Shown here piece after piece: positions 63,460 to 64,000 of a stretch of DNA of 64,000 bases. How positions within the stretch are numbered: position 1 is the stretch's first letter; the number at the start of each line of letters is the position of its first letter. The DNA lies in assembly GCA_963514005.1 (NCBI GenBank), contig OY740814.1, positions 1,488,001-1,552,000 on the forward strand. Direction: 5' to 3'. The position numbers and the translations under genes are program-made. The DNA is from Raja brachyura. Lineage: Eukaryota. Below the pieces are notes generated by a model. It saw only the letters and a list, made by a program, of their open reading frames with translations, was not told the DNA's origin and did no database searches.

Positions 63460-64000
63460 TGCTGATTCTGCGTGCATGCCCATGTGCTCCCAGTACAATG
63501 CCAAAACAGTACACGATAGCGCTACAATTTTTGGACCACCTTGCTCACAATTGTCCTTTAGTGTGTTTTTATCAAGTTTTGCTCAGATTTATGTTATATT
63601 TTACAAGTTATTCACATTTTTTACTTTACAAAACCCCACTTTGAGAAAAATCACTTGAACTTGCAGTGGCAGTTAGCTGCTATAACATCAACATGGGATC
63701 TCGTTTACATAAACTGCCCATGAGCAGTGCTTCACCCCACAATGACATCACAATGGGATCTCAATTTCTTTTTAAAAATGCAGCTTCCACCGCACAATGA
63801 CGTCAAGGTGGGTAGGGAGGGGAGAGGAGTTATGGAGGGAGGGAGAGAGGGAGTGGATGAGGGGAGGAGGAGAGGGGAGAGAAGAGGGGGGTGAAGAGGA
63901 TGGGGAGGGAGTGTTGGGGGAATGAGGGGAAATGAGCCGCGCCTGCGCAGTTGGGGGCTATGAGTGAGTGGTGGAATATTGCGTTGGGGGAACGGGTTGC
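63460..64000 (-). mobile_element. Unclassified interspersed element running off the window, possibly Helentron-associated (HINE/DINE-like)
   Basis: Truncates a SINE tail at 63440-63459. Contains internal repeats (acatcacaatgggatctc), a purine-rich tract and minus-strand blocks (ataacttgtaaaa..aaacttg..ccaaaaattgtagcgctatcg) reminiscent of HINE cores. Confidence 0.35.

Noticed and set aside
39919-64000. Upstream ADAMTSL exons or promoter
   Set aside because: No signal-peptide or ADAMTSL3-type N-terminal exon was recognised. A short exon could have been missed without alignment tools.

Overview
Repeat-dense vertebrate genomic DNA, most likely from an elasmobranch (skate/ray-like, inferred from the HE1-type V-SINE, CR1, Rex1 and Penelope repeat mix). 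The window lies inside a large minus-strand ADAMTS-like gene, most likely ADAMTSL3 (ADAMTSL1 not excluded). Three coding exons of 128, 46 and 237 bp (39791-39918, 31652-31697, 12003-12239) have canonical AG/GT sites and compatible phases, and encode the first thrombospondin type-1 repeat and the start of the cysteine-rich module. The rest is intron filled with nested repeats, and almost all other listed ORFs are spurious or transposon-derived. The most notable signal is a very abundant ~130-nt element that is demonstrably the 3' terminus of a Penelope-like (GIY-YIG) retroelement and carries a minimal hammerhead-ribozyme core (CTGAAGA-A-GGGTCTCGACCC-GAAAC-GTC). It occurs as solo arms, as fold-back palindromes with 12-14 bp target-site duplications, and as dispersed 66-bp tandem arrays. 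A CR1 copy that appears to carry a 3' transduction with a second microsatellite tail is also present. Repeat boundaries were read by eye and are approximate, whereas exon boundaries are exact.
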